A stretch of 64,000 nucleotides of DNA from Eubacteriales bacterium. GTDB lineage: Bacteria; Bacillota; Clostridia; Oscillospirales; CAG-272. The notes beneath the pieces were generated by a model. The model saw only the letters and a program-made list of their open reading frames with translations, was not told the DNA's origin and searched no databases. A program made the position numbers and the translations under genes. This document shows positions 37,894-46,454 of the stretch, in pieces (positions within the stretch are counted from its first letter, which is position 1; every line of letters starts with the position of its first letter). The stretch spans positions 3,034 through 67,033 of the forward strand of contig JBBAEK010000005.1 in assembly GCA_041655935.1 (NCBI GenBank), read 5' to 3'.

Positions 37894-38769
37894 ATGACAG
37901 ACGCGGCACGCGCGGTTTCGCAGATGATGGCGGAGGCGCACATTTCGCTCTATGCCTCCCTGCCGCTTTGTGAGTGTCAGGCAGACGCCGGGCGGCTGGC
38001 GCGGCTCTGCCCCGACTTTCAGCCGGAGAGCGCCCTCTTTTTTCTGGTCCCCTACTACGCGGGCGAGGGGGTCAACCTTTCGGCGTACGCGGTGGCGGAG
38101 GACTACCATCTGCTCATGGATGCGCTGAATGAGCGTTTCTGCCGCCGGCTGTCACAGATTTTCCCCGGCTACCGCTTCAAGGGCTTTGCCGACCGCTCCC
38201 CGCTGGACGAGCGGCAGGGGGCCGCCCGCGCGGGACTGGGCTTGTTTGGCAGGCACCGCCTGCTCATTGCCCCCGCGTACGCCTCCTATGTATTCATCGG
38301 CGAGGTGCTCTCCGACCTGCCCGCGTCTGACTTCGGATGCCTTCAGGTCAGGGAAGCAGAACCCTGCCGCGGGTGCGGCGCCTGTGAGGCGGCCTGCCCG
38401 ACCGGCTTTTTGAGAGGGGAGGGACACCCCTGCCTGTCAGCCGTCACGCAAAAGAAAGGGGTGCTGACCGAGCAGGAACAGGCGTGGCTCAGGCAGGGCG
38501 GCTCGGCGTGGGGCTGCGACATCTGCCAGCAGGTCTGCCCCCATACCACAGAGGCAAAAGAGCAGGGAAGCCTGCAAACCCCCCTGCTTTTCTTTCATCA
38601 GAACCGGATCCCCACTTTGAGCCGAGCCCTGCTACATACCATGTCGCCGCAGGACTTTGCCCGCCGCGCCTATGCTTGGCGGGGCAGGGACTGTGTACAG
38701 CGCAACATGGTATACCTGGAAGGGGAGGGAGAGCCCATTGAACCAACCTTCGACCGACCGCCCGTCTGA
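37894..38769 (+). CDS. queG: epoxyqueuosine reductase QueG-like (short form)
   Basis: CRGCGACEAACPTG...CLSAVTQKKG...WGCDICQQVCPH matches the QueG double 4Fe-4S / cobalamin-region pattern. Confidence 0.6.
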   Translation: MTDAARAVSQMMAEAHISLYASLPLCECQADAGRLARLCPDFQPESALFFLVPYYAGEGVNLSAYAVAEDYHLLMDALNERFCRRLSQIFPGYRFKGFADRSPLDERQGAARAGLGLFGRHRLLIAPAYASYVFIGEVLSDLPASDFGCLQVREAEPCRGCGACEAACPTGFLRGEGHPCLSAVTQKKGVLTEQEQAWLRQGGSAWGCDICQQVCPHTTEAKEQGSLQTPLLFFHQNRIPTLSRALLHTMSPQDFARRAYAWRGRDCVQRNMVYLEGEGEPIEPTFDRPPV

Positions 38770-39343
38770 CAGCGAGCCGCCCGGCGAGCTGTTGCGCACC
38801 GTGCGGCAAAACGTCCACACCCACCGCCACCGGCACTACCCGCTCTACCTTTGGGCGACCCTCACCCGCACCACCCTCTGGCGGAAACTGAGCGGCGTGC
38901 AACTGCTCACCCGCCTGCTATTGACCCTTCGTTCGGTGCTCGGCTGGGTGGTGCGGGCGCTGGCGTTTGTGCAGGGCAGTGCCCTCGTGTTCGGGGTGGT
39001 GGTGCTGCTCCTGCCCGCGCTGCCCGTGGCGGCGGTGGCGGTGATGCTTTATGCGATGCTGGTGCGCTTTGACCGCGTGCGAAAGCTCCGGCTCCTGTTG
39101 CCCCACCTGAAACGTCGAACCGTGCTGTTTGTGTTTCTGGTCGCCCCCAAAACAGCCTTTCAGGAGCGCAATCTCAAGGATCTTTCGCAACAGTACACGG
39201 TCATCGCGGTCGGACACCCCCACCGCCGGTGTCGCTTCAACCTATGCGCCTGCGGCAGTTATTTTGAGGTCAGGGAGCATTTTTACTACTACCTGACCCG
39301 GCGTGTCCCGCCCGGCGCCTACCGCGCCGTGCATCTCTATTGA
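38738..39343 (+). CDS. hypothetical membrane protein
   Basis: The TTG at 38738 follows GGGGAGGGAGAG. Two to three hydrophobic helices. No recognisable family. Confidence 0.35.
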   Translation: MNQPSTDRPSDSEPPGELLRTVRQNVHTHRHRHYPLYLWATLTRTTLWRKLSGVQLLTRLLLTLRSVLGWVVRALAFVQGSALVFGVVVLLLPALPVAAVAVMLYAMLVRFDRVRKLRLLLPHLKRRTVLFVFLVAPKTAFQERNLKDLSQQYTVIAVGHPHRRCRFNLCACGSYFEVREHFYYYLTRRVPPGAYRAVHLY

Positions 39344-39350
39344 GTCCTTC

Positions 39351-40319
39351 TCAGTTGACGACGGGAAAGCGATAGACAATCTCGTCCCACAGTGCCGTGT
39401 GCAGATAGGCGCACCGTGTCTCCTCGTGCGCGGTCATGCCGATGGCGAGGCCACGGTTCGGCACCACCAGCGCGAACTGGTCAAACGCACCCGAGGCCTG
39501 GAACGCGCCCGGCTCGTTCTCACAGCACCAGAACTGGAACCCGTACCATGCCGGCGAGGTGCTGGGGGAGGCGATGTCAGCCGGCACGCCGCCCCGGGTG
39601 CCCTGGTACTGGTCGCCCCAGGAATTCACCTGCGGGGAGGTGGCAGCACGGACATAGGCCTCCGAAACCAGGCGCTTCCCCTCGTACACCCCGCCCTGCA
39701 GCAGCAGCTGGGCAAACCTTGACAGGTGCTCGGTCCGCAAAAAGAGACCGCTGCACCCGTGACTGATCCCTCGGGGGCAACTGAACCATTGCGGGAAGGG
39801 AATGCCCAGCGGCTCAAAGAGGCGGGGCATCAGGTAATCCCGCAGCGATTGCCCGGTCAGTTTGGTGATGAGCGCGGAGAGCAAATAGGTGGAGGCGTTG
39901 CTGTAAAAGAAACGTGTCCCCGGGTCGGTTGCCAGGGGTTGCGCGAGGATGTACGCCGCGTAGTCCCGGCAGTTCGGGTCCTCCAGCTGACCCAGCAGGT
40001 AGTGCTTGCCGAACCCGGCCGTCATGGTCAGCAGGTGCCGCACGGTCAGTTGCTCCAGCCGCCGGTCATACCCCGGCTGCAGCGCCTCGGCAAAGTAGGG
40101 CAACACGAGCTCGTCCACCGAGGAGAGCAGCCCCTCGTCGATGGCGATACCGATGCCGAGCGAGGTGAAACTTTTCGAGGCGGAGTACAGATTGACGGGG
40201 TTGTCGCGACGGGTATGATGTTCGGCGATCACCTGCCCGCCCTGCCGCACCACAATGCCGTATAGCCCCAGTCCCTGCGCTTTTACCTGCTCTAAAAAAT
40301 TCTGCAAAGAAAACTCCAT
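39351..40319 (-). CDS. serine hydrolase (beta-lactamase/transpeptidase-like fold), paralog A
   Basis: MEFSLQNFLEQVKAQGL...YSASKSFTS (SxxK motif). The ATG at 40319 has GGAGG 6 nt upstream. The 516-aa track ORF is an upstream GC artefact. Confidence 0.75.
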   Translation of the reverse strand: MEFSLQNFLEQVKAQGLGLYGIVVRQGGQVIAEHHTRRDNPVNLYSASKSFTSLGIGIAIDEGLLSSVDELVLPYFAEALQPGYDRRLEQLTVRHLLTMTAGFGKHYLLGQLEDPNCRDYAAYILAQPLATDPGTRFFYSNASTYLLSALITKLTGQSLRDYLMPRLFEPLGIPFPQWFSCPRGISHGCSGLFLRTEHLSRFAQLLLQGGVYEGKRLVSEAYVRAATSPQVNSWGDQYQGTRGGVPADIASPSTSPAWYGFQFWCCENEPGAFQASGAFDQFALVVPNRGLAIGMTAHEETRCAYLHTALWDEIVYRFPVVN

Positions 40320-40453
40320 ACCTTCCTCCTGTGACGCCCGAGGCCCCTCGGCCGTCTCTTTCATAGTGAATATGTGAGAGCAGCCGCCATGGCCGCCGCA
40401 CTCCCGTGTACAAACATCCGCCGGCGTGTCCGGCCGCCTGCCCCGCTGCCGCC

Positions 40454-41434
40454 TCAGCGCGCCTCCCCGGCGAGCGGGAAGCGCCGGACGACCTCCTCCC
40501 ACAGTGCCGCGGATAGCTGCGCCCCCTTTGTCTCCTCGTGGGCGGTCAGCCCGATGGCGAGGGCGCGGCCCGGCACCACCAGGGCAAATTGACTGTACAG
40601 CCCCGCCGCCTGGTAAGCACCCGGGTCCTCCCGACAGCACCAAAACTGGAATCCGTACCATACCGGCTCGACCTCGGCGGACGTTTGGGTAGCCGGCGCA
40701 CCCCCCCGGGTCCCCTGGTGCTGGTCGCCCCGAGAGTTGACCTGCGGCGACGTGGCGGCTTGCAGATACGCCGCCGACACAATCCGCCGGCCTCCGTACA
40801 CCCCGCCCTGCAACAGCATCTGCGCGAAACGGGACAAGTGCTCCGTATGTAAAAAGAGACCGCTGCCGCCGAAGCTGATGCCCTTGGGGCACAGCGACCA
40901 TTGGGGGTAGGGAATGTCCAGCGGCTCAAAGAGGCGGGGCATCAGGTAATCCCGCAGCGACTGCCCGCTGAGCTTGGTGAGGAGGGCGGAGAGCAGATAG
41001 GTGGAACTGCTGCTGTATAAAAAGCGCGTCCCCGGCTCGGACAGCAGGGGCTTTGACAGAATATAGGCCACATAGTCCCGGCAGTACGGCTCCTCAAACC
41101 TGTTCATCATTAAAAAACGGTGGTCTATCCCTCCGGTCATGGTGAGCAGGTGCCGCACGGTCAGTTGCTCCAGCCGCGGGTCATACCCCGGCTGCAGTGA
41201 CTCGGCAAAGTAGGGCAACACGAGCTCGTCCACCGAGGGCAGCAGCCCCTCGTCGATGGCGATCCCGATCCCGACGGAGGTAAAGCTTTTCGAGGCAGAA
41301 TACACATTGACCGGCACGTCGCGCCGGGTGTGATGGTTGGCTACCACCTGCCCGCCCTGCCGCACCACAATGCCGTACAGGCCAAGCCCTTGCGCTTTGA
41401 CGCGTTCCAAAAAGGGTTGCAAAGAAAACTCCAT
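40454..41434 (-). CDS. serine hydrolase (beta-lactamase/transpeptidase-like fold), paralog B
   Basis: MEFSLQPFLERVKAQGL...YSASKSFTS, collinear with paralog A over the full length. The ATG at 41434 has a GGAGG RBS. Confidence 0.75.
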   Translation of the reverse strand: MEFSLQPFLERVKAQGLGLYGIVVRQGGQVVANHHTRRDVPVNVYSASKSFTSVGIGIAIDEGLLPSVDELVLPYFAESLQPGYDPRLEQLTVRHLLTMTGGIDHRFLMMNRFEEPYCRDYVAYILSKPLLSEPGTRFLYSSSSTYLLSALLTKLSGQSLRDYLMPRLFEPLDIPYPQWSLCPKGISFGGSGLFLHTEHLSRFAQMLLQGGVYGGRRIVSAAYLQAATSPQVNSRGDQHQGTRGGAPATQTSAEVEPVWYGFQFWCCREDPGAYQAAGLYSQFALVVPGRALAIGLTAHEETKGAQLSAALWEEVVRRFPLAGEAR

Positions 41435-41713
41435 CACGCCTCCTTCGACGATCGGACAGCGTCCGGGTGTCTTTCCGATCATATGTCCCTCTGCCATGCA
41501 GATACCTGAATGCATTGTAGCACACCCCGCCCCCGAATGCAAGCGATTGACAAAAAGAGGCCGGGATGTTACAAAAACTTCACTTGACTTTTTCGGCAAA
41601 ATAGCATATAGTTGGTATATCTCTCCAAGAACTGCCTGTCACGGTCACGCGGCGCATTTTGCGTCTGCGTCAAAGATACCCACACCCGAATTTCCACCAA
41701 GGGAGGCATTGGC

Positions 41714-42613
41714 ATGATCACAGCCACCAACGTTACCATGAAGTTTGAGGACTTCGTGGCACTCAATCATTTGAACTGCACCATCCCAAACGGCTGCATT
41801 TACGGGCTGGTCGGCAGCAACGGCGCGGGCAAGTCCACCTTTTTACGCCTGATCAGCGGGGTCTACCGCCCCGCGGAGGGGGAGATTTTCATCGACGATC
41901 AGCCGGTGTATGAAAACCCGGCGGTGAAAGCGCAGTTGATGTTTATCCCGGACGAGCTCTTTTTTCTGCCCGGCTCGAACATGGACCAGATGGCGAGCTT
42001 TTACAGCCACCTGTACGACAGCTTCCGCTTTGACCGCTACCACAACCTGACCAAGACGTTCGGGCTCAACCCCCGCGCCCCCATCCATACTTTCTCCAAG
42101 GGTATGCGCCGCCAGGCCGCCACCATCCTCGGGCTGTCGGTGATGCCGCGCTTTTTGTTCTTTGACGAGACCTTCGACGGGCTGGATCCCGTGATGCGCA
42201 ACCTGGTCAAGGAGGTCATCAACCAGGATGTCGCCCAGCGCAATACCACCACCATCATCACCTCGCACTCCCTGCGTGAGCTGGAGGACACCTGCGGCCA
42301 GCTCGCCCTGCTGCACAAGGGTGGGATCGTGTTCGAGAGCGACATTCAGAATTTGACAACCAAACTGTTCAAAATACAAATCGCCCTGCCCTATGAGTTC
42401 AACCGATCCGTGTTCGCAGGGGTGGACCTTCTCAACTACTCCCAGCACGGGACGGTCGCCACCTTCATCGTGCGGGGGGACAGGGAGCAGACCTTAGGCT
42501 TTTTGCGCACGCTGAACCCGGTCCTGCTGGATGTGTTGCCGCTGGGGCTGGAGGAGGTTTTCGTGTTTGAGATGGAAGCGCTGGGGTATGCTTTCAAAGA
42601 AATTTTGATGTGA
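41714..42613 (+). CDS. ABC transporter ATP-binding protein
   Basis: Walker A GSNGAGKST, signature FSKGMRRQ, Walker B LFFDETFDGLD. GGGAGG RBS before the ATG at 41714. Confidence 0.85.
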   Translation: MITATNVTMKFEDFVALNHLNCTIPNGCIYGLVGSNGAGKSTFLRLISGVYRPAEGEIFIDDQPVYENPAVKAQLMFIPDELFFLPGSNMDQMASFYSHLYDSFRFDRYHNLTKTFGLNPRAPIHTFSKGMRRQAATILGLSVMPRFLFFDETFDGLDPVMRNLVKEVINQDVAQRNTTTIITSHSLRELEDTCGQLALLHKGGIVFESDIQNLTTKLFKIQIALPYEFNRSVFAGVDLLNYSQHGTVATFIVRGDREQTLGFLRTLNPVLLDVLPLGLEEVFVFEMEALGYAFKEILM

Positions 42614-42623
42614 GGTGAGAGGC

Positions 42624-44864
42624 ATGAAACATCTATTTCACTTTGGCTTATACCGAGAGGGGCTGAAGCGTCTGCGCACCGTGGGCCTCATCAGCGCCAT
42701 TTTGTGCCTGCTGGCCAACCTCATCGTGCCCCTGACCACCCTCATTCTGTACAGCCAAACCAAGAACCTCACCACGACGGAAGTACCGCCGGAGGTGTTG
42801 CCCATCGAAATACTGGGCATGTCCATGCCGCTTTTCATCCTGCTGGTGCCTTTCATCATTCTCTCCATCTTTAACTATCTCAACGACCGCGCCAAGTCCG
42901 ACTTTTACCACGCCATCCCCTACCGCCGCAGTTGTGTGTACAGCAGCTTTCTGCTGGCGGCGTTGAGCTGGATTTGGGGGATTGTCCTGCTCTCCCTCGG
43001 CACGGTGGGCGTGCTTTATGCCGTCAACCCCATGGTGGTTTTCAGCTTCGGCAACCTCTTGCTGGTCATGTTGGTCTACCTGATCGCCGGCACCATGATG
43101 GCGGGCTTCACCGCTTTGGCGATGACCCTGACCGGCACCGCCACCTCCAACTTTTTCGTCCTCATGTTGCTTCTGTTTGCCTTCCGGCTCAGCGCGGGGA
43201 TTTTCGTGAATACGCTGGCGGACGTGTTGCCCATCTTTGACATTGACTACTCCATCGGTGCCTTCTTGCAAGCCAAGTACTTTTTGCCGCTGGCACTGCT
43301 GATTTTGCCGCTGGCACTGCTGAGCAATGTCATTGGCACCCAGCCGGTGGACGTTTATACAAATGGCGGCATGTTGCTCTACTCCGCTCTGGTTTCGCTC
43401 TTGCTGCTCGGGCTGGGCGCATGGGTCTATATCAAGCGGCGCAGCGAGATGGCGGGCAAGAGCGCGCCAAACCGCGCCCTGCAGCATGTGTTCCGCTGCG
43501 CCTTTGCCCTCCCGCTGGTGTTCTTGGCGATGCAGCAGTTGTTTCGGTACTTCTATGTCAAAAGCACCTTTTTCTCCACTGCCTACCTCCCCGCTTTTGT
43601 GGCGCTGTTAGTTTTGTCAACCCTGGTGTACTTCTTCTACGAGCTGCTCACCACCCGCCGCTGGCGTCGCCTGCTTTCCGCGCTGAAAGTTTTTCCCATC
43701 CTGCTCGTCTGTGCCGGCATGTTTGCCGTGGGGGTGTATGCCACCAGGCAGCGTGTGCTGCAAAAGGAGCTTCAGGCCTCAGACATCAGTGCCGTGTCTC
43801 TCTATGAAAAGGGGTACTCTTACAGCAGCCCCGGCTATGGAGCCCTCAAGGCGGCGGGACTCTTTTTCAGCGACCCAGACCTTTTGGCGCTGGTCGCCCA
43901 GGTGTACGACGGATCGATTACGGCCCTGCTCGAAAACAAGTTCCTCCCCAACTGGCGCGGTGATTTTGATATGCTCCTGCCCGGCGGCGGGGGCGGCATC
44001 GGGCAGGAGGAGGCGTACTACCGCTATGTCGCCATCAAGCTCAAGTCCGGCCGCACCATCGGCCGCTACCTGAAGTTCACTGCAGAGCAGCAAACGGAGC
44101 TTGAGTCGCTCATGCAGGAGCAGGAGGAGTATTTGCAGGCCGCCCTGCTCATCCCCATTCCGGCAGAGGTGCTGAATGTCTGGGCGTATGCCGGCATCGG
44201 GGGGTATTACAGCAGTGATGATGCCGCTCGTTTTGCCGAGCTGTGGGCAGTGTTTTACAATGAGTACCAGACCCTGACCACCGAGCAGAAACAGGCTATG
44301 CGCCAGAACCCCAACGACCTCTTTACCTTCAATGTCAGCGGCGTGACGGGGACCAAGCCCTTTTCGGGCTACTACGGTGTCCCTGCCACTATGAAGCAAA
44401 CCATTGCCGCGTTCGCCCGCCTGCTCAATGAAAAAAAGGTCTATGGTCAGGCAGGGAACACGCCCAACCTCACATGGATGGAGGGGGTGCTCACCGCTTT
44501 TGCCGAGCAAAATCTCTCCTCCGCCTATAAGACCTATTGTCAGATTGGTTTTTACACGGAGGACGACTCGTTTTTCATCTCGCTGGAATATGAGCAGGAC
44601 GGTACTTTGAGTACAGAGAAAAAAGCCCTCTGGGCTGCCGTCGCGCAGATTTTGCTGGAGGAGATTGACCAACCCTTTGACGGGCAGAGCGCTTACGTGC
44701 TGATCGATGCCTCTTTCGTGACACTGGTTGAGGGAGAGGGCGACCGGGGCGCATCGTACGGAAGCTATGTCGGCGGCACGGTGTTGCTTCCCCTGTCGGC
44801 TGACAGCGTCACGCGCCTGCAACCCTATATCGAAGAGTTGCTGACCGGCGAAATTCCGTACTGA
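42624..44864 (+). CDS. ABC-2-type permease-like membrane protein fused to a ~380-aa non-membrane C-terminal domain
   Basis: The N-terminal ~370 aa has ~8 hydrophobic helices. The C-terminal half is soluble with no recognisable motif. It is coupled (1-10 nt gap) to the ATPase gene. Confidence 0.65.
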   Translation: MKHLFHFGLYREGLKRLRTVGLISAILCLLANLIVPLTTLILYSQTKNLTTTEVPPEVLPIEILGMSMPLFILLVPFIILSIFNYLNDRAKSDFYHAIPYRRSCVYSSFLLAALSWIWGIVLLSLGTVGVLYAVNPMVVFSFGNLLLVMLVYLIAGTMMAGFTALAMTLTGTATSNFFVLMLLLFAFRLSAGIFVNTLADVLPIFDIDYSIGAFLQAKYFLPLALLILPLALLSNVIGTQPVDVYTNGGMLLYSALVSLLLLGLGAWVYIKRRSEMAGKSAPNRALQHVFRCAFALPLVFLAMQQLFRYFYVKSTFFSTAYLPAFVALLVLSTLVYFFYELLTTRRWRRLLSALKVFPILLVCAGMFAVGVYATRQRVLQKELQASDISAVSLYEKGYSYSSPGYGALKAAGLFFSDPDLLALVAQVYDGSITALLENKFLPNWRGDFDMLLPGGGGGIGQEEAYYRYVAIKLKSGRTIGRYLKFTAEQQTELESLMQEQEEYLQAALLIPIPAEVLNVWAYAGIGGYYSSDDAARFAELWAVFYNEYQTLTTEQKQAMRQNPNDLFTFNVSGVTGTKPFSGYYGVPATMKQTIAAFARLLNEKKVYGQAGNTPNLTWMEGVLTAFAEQNLSSAYKTYCQIGFYTEDDSFFISLEYEQDGTLSTEKKALWAAVAQILLEEIDQPFDGQSAYVLIDASFVTLVEGEGDRGASYGSYVGGTVLLPLSADSVTRLQPYIEELLTGEIPY

Positions 44865-44935
44865 CCCCCGTCGAGCACCCTCGACCCGTCGAGCACCCTC
44901 GACCCGTCGAGCACCCCCGACCCGTCGGCATCCCC
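44863..44935. repeat. 18-bp tandem repeat, ~4 copies (GACCCGTCGAGCACCCTC)
   Basis: Units at 44863-82 (20 nt), 44883-900, 44901-18 and 44919-35 (degenerate). The repeat starts inside the stop codon of the permease gene. Confidence 0.9.
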
Positions 44936-45036
44936 TGCTTCTTTCGCGCCCCGGCTCGACAGACGCCGCTTCTTTCACACCCTCTCCTGCGCCCTGCGCA
45001 CCCTCCCTCGGCGCCCCGGCACGCTCGCCTCATCAG

Positions 45037-45072
45037 GGCGGCACTTGTGGTAAAACAGGTGCCGCCTTTTCG
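45037..45072 (+). terminator. intrinsic terminator
   Basis: GGCGGCAC-n14-GTGCCGCC followed by TTTTCGTG. Confidence 0.6.
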
Positions 45073-45200
45073 TGTGCGACACAGGAATTCCGAGTGTCCT
45101 TTTGTGTAAAAAAAAGGATGCTCTGTTCTGTTTTTTGAAAAAAAAGCATGGGGTAACGGCGATTTTCCCAAAAACATGGTCAAATATTCTGAATTCTCTG

Positions 45201-45229
45201 TTGATTTTCCGAAAAGCACATGATATAAT
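45201..45229 (+). promoter_or_regulatory. sigma70-like promoter (TTGATT-17-TATAAT) in an AT-rich gap
   Basis: TTGATT at 45201-06, a 17-nt spacer, TATAAT at 45224-29. It lies ~75 nt upstream of the ATG at 45306. Confidence 0.5.
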
Positions 45230-45305
45230 ACTAATGTATAATTATCGGCATCCGAAATTTGGTATGTTTTCCATAAAGAATGCAACGAACAGGGAGGATT
45301 CTTCA

Positions 45306-46454
45306 ATGGCAAAAATGGTGCGACTCAGTTTTTTGGTTGACGGGAAAGTGTTCAGTACGACCATGCACAAGGAAGGTGAGGCAATTGTACCGATACAAGC
45401 GCCGGAAAAAACGGGACATCGTTTCATTGCCTGGAAGAACCTGCCCGATGTCATGCCGCGGCGCGATTTCCAGGTGGAAGCGGAGTATGAGGCCCTGTCT
45501 TACCGGCTCAGGTTTGTCACCGAGGAGGGCGTACACCAGGAGCAGGCGCTGCCCTTTGGCGCCCCCATTGTGCCGCCTGCGGATCCCGAAAAGCGGGACC
45601 ATACTTTCGACGGCTGGAGCAACCTGCCCGCCACCATGCCTGCCCGCAACATAGAGGTGCGGGGTACTTTCACGCCGCTCCCCTATGTCTTGCGTATGGT
45701 GGTGGATGAGCAGGAGTACGCCACGTATGAGTTCCCCGCCGGCGCCTCGCTCACCGAGCTGCCGCTGCCCGCCAAGATCGGGCACACCTTCAGCGGCTGG
45801 AACAAAAACTATAAGAAAATGCCCCGCTCCAACCTGACCCTCAAGGGCTCGTTCAAGGTCAACAAGTACGAGTTGCGCTTTGTCATTGAGGGCGAGATGG
45901 ACTTTGCCCGCAAGGTGGAGTACGGCGCTCCCATTCGTCCCCTCGGTGTGCCCATGCGGGAGAACCACACCTTTTCGGGCTGGGGGAGCATCCCGGCGAC
46001 CATGCCGGCGCACGACCTGGAGTTTGTCGGGAGATTCACCCTGAACGCCCACGAGCTGCGCTTCTTGCTGGAAGATGAGCTCATTTTCAGCGCGGTGGTG
46101 GATGTCGGCACCCCCATCAAGGCACCCGAGGTGCCGATGAAAACCGGGTATATGTTCAGCGGTTGGCGAGGGCTGCCGAAGGTCATGCCCGACCACCCCT
46201 ATGAGGCGGCAGGCAGGTACTATCTCCGCAAGTACAAGGTCAGGTACATATTGGACGGCGAGGAATACGAGGAACAGACCGTTGCCTACGGCGCACCGGT
46301 GGTGCCGGCGCAGGAGCCGGTCAAAGAGGGGTACGTGTTTGGCGGCTGGAAGAATCTCCCCCCTGTGATGCCTGCCGAGGATATCACGGTGACAGGCAGC
46401 TGGGGCGTACGCAACCAAGAGGTGAAAAAAGCAGGAGGGGCAATCAATGGCTGA
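45306..46454 (+). CDS. InlB B-repeat-like protein, 6 repeat units, no signal peptide
   Basis: GGGAGG RBS. Six units carry the core G-[HY]-x-F-x-G-W-x-x-[LI]-P-x-x-M-P. The N-terminus MAKMVRLSFLVDG has no hydrophobic leader. Confidence 0.8.
   Translation: MAKMVRLSFLVDGKVFSTTMHKEGEAIVPIQAPEKTGHRFIAWKNLPDVMPRRDFQVEAEYEALSYRLRFVTEEGVHQEQALPFGAPIVPPADPEKRDHTFDGWSNLPATMPARNIEVRGTFTPLPYVLRMVVDEQEYATYEFPAGASLTELPLPAKIGHTFSGWNKNYKKMPRSNLTLKGSFKVNKYELRFVIEGEMDFARKVEYGAPIRPLGVPMRENHTFSGWGSIPATMPAHDLEFVGRFTLNAHELRFLLEDELIFSAVVDVGTPIKAPEVPMKTGYMFSGWRGLPKVMPDHPYEAAGRYYLRKYKVRYILDGEEYEEQTVAYGAPVVPAQEPVKEGYVFGGWKNLPPVMPAEDITVTGSWGVRNQEVKKAGGAING

Noticed and set aside
39351-41599. Track ORFs of 516 aa and 381 aa for the serine hydrolases, implying long N-terminal extensions and a 448-nt gene overlap.
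   Set aside because: The extensions are Arg/Gly/Pro-rich and lack protein-like composition. Both paralogs share the same MEFSLQ start, preceded by GGAGG.
43779-45312. Minus-strand ORFs containing the GARRVEGARRVEGARRG peptide repeats.
   Set aside because: The peptide repeat is the reverse translation of the non-coding 18-bp tandem repeat. The rest is antisense to the permease gene.
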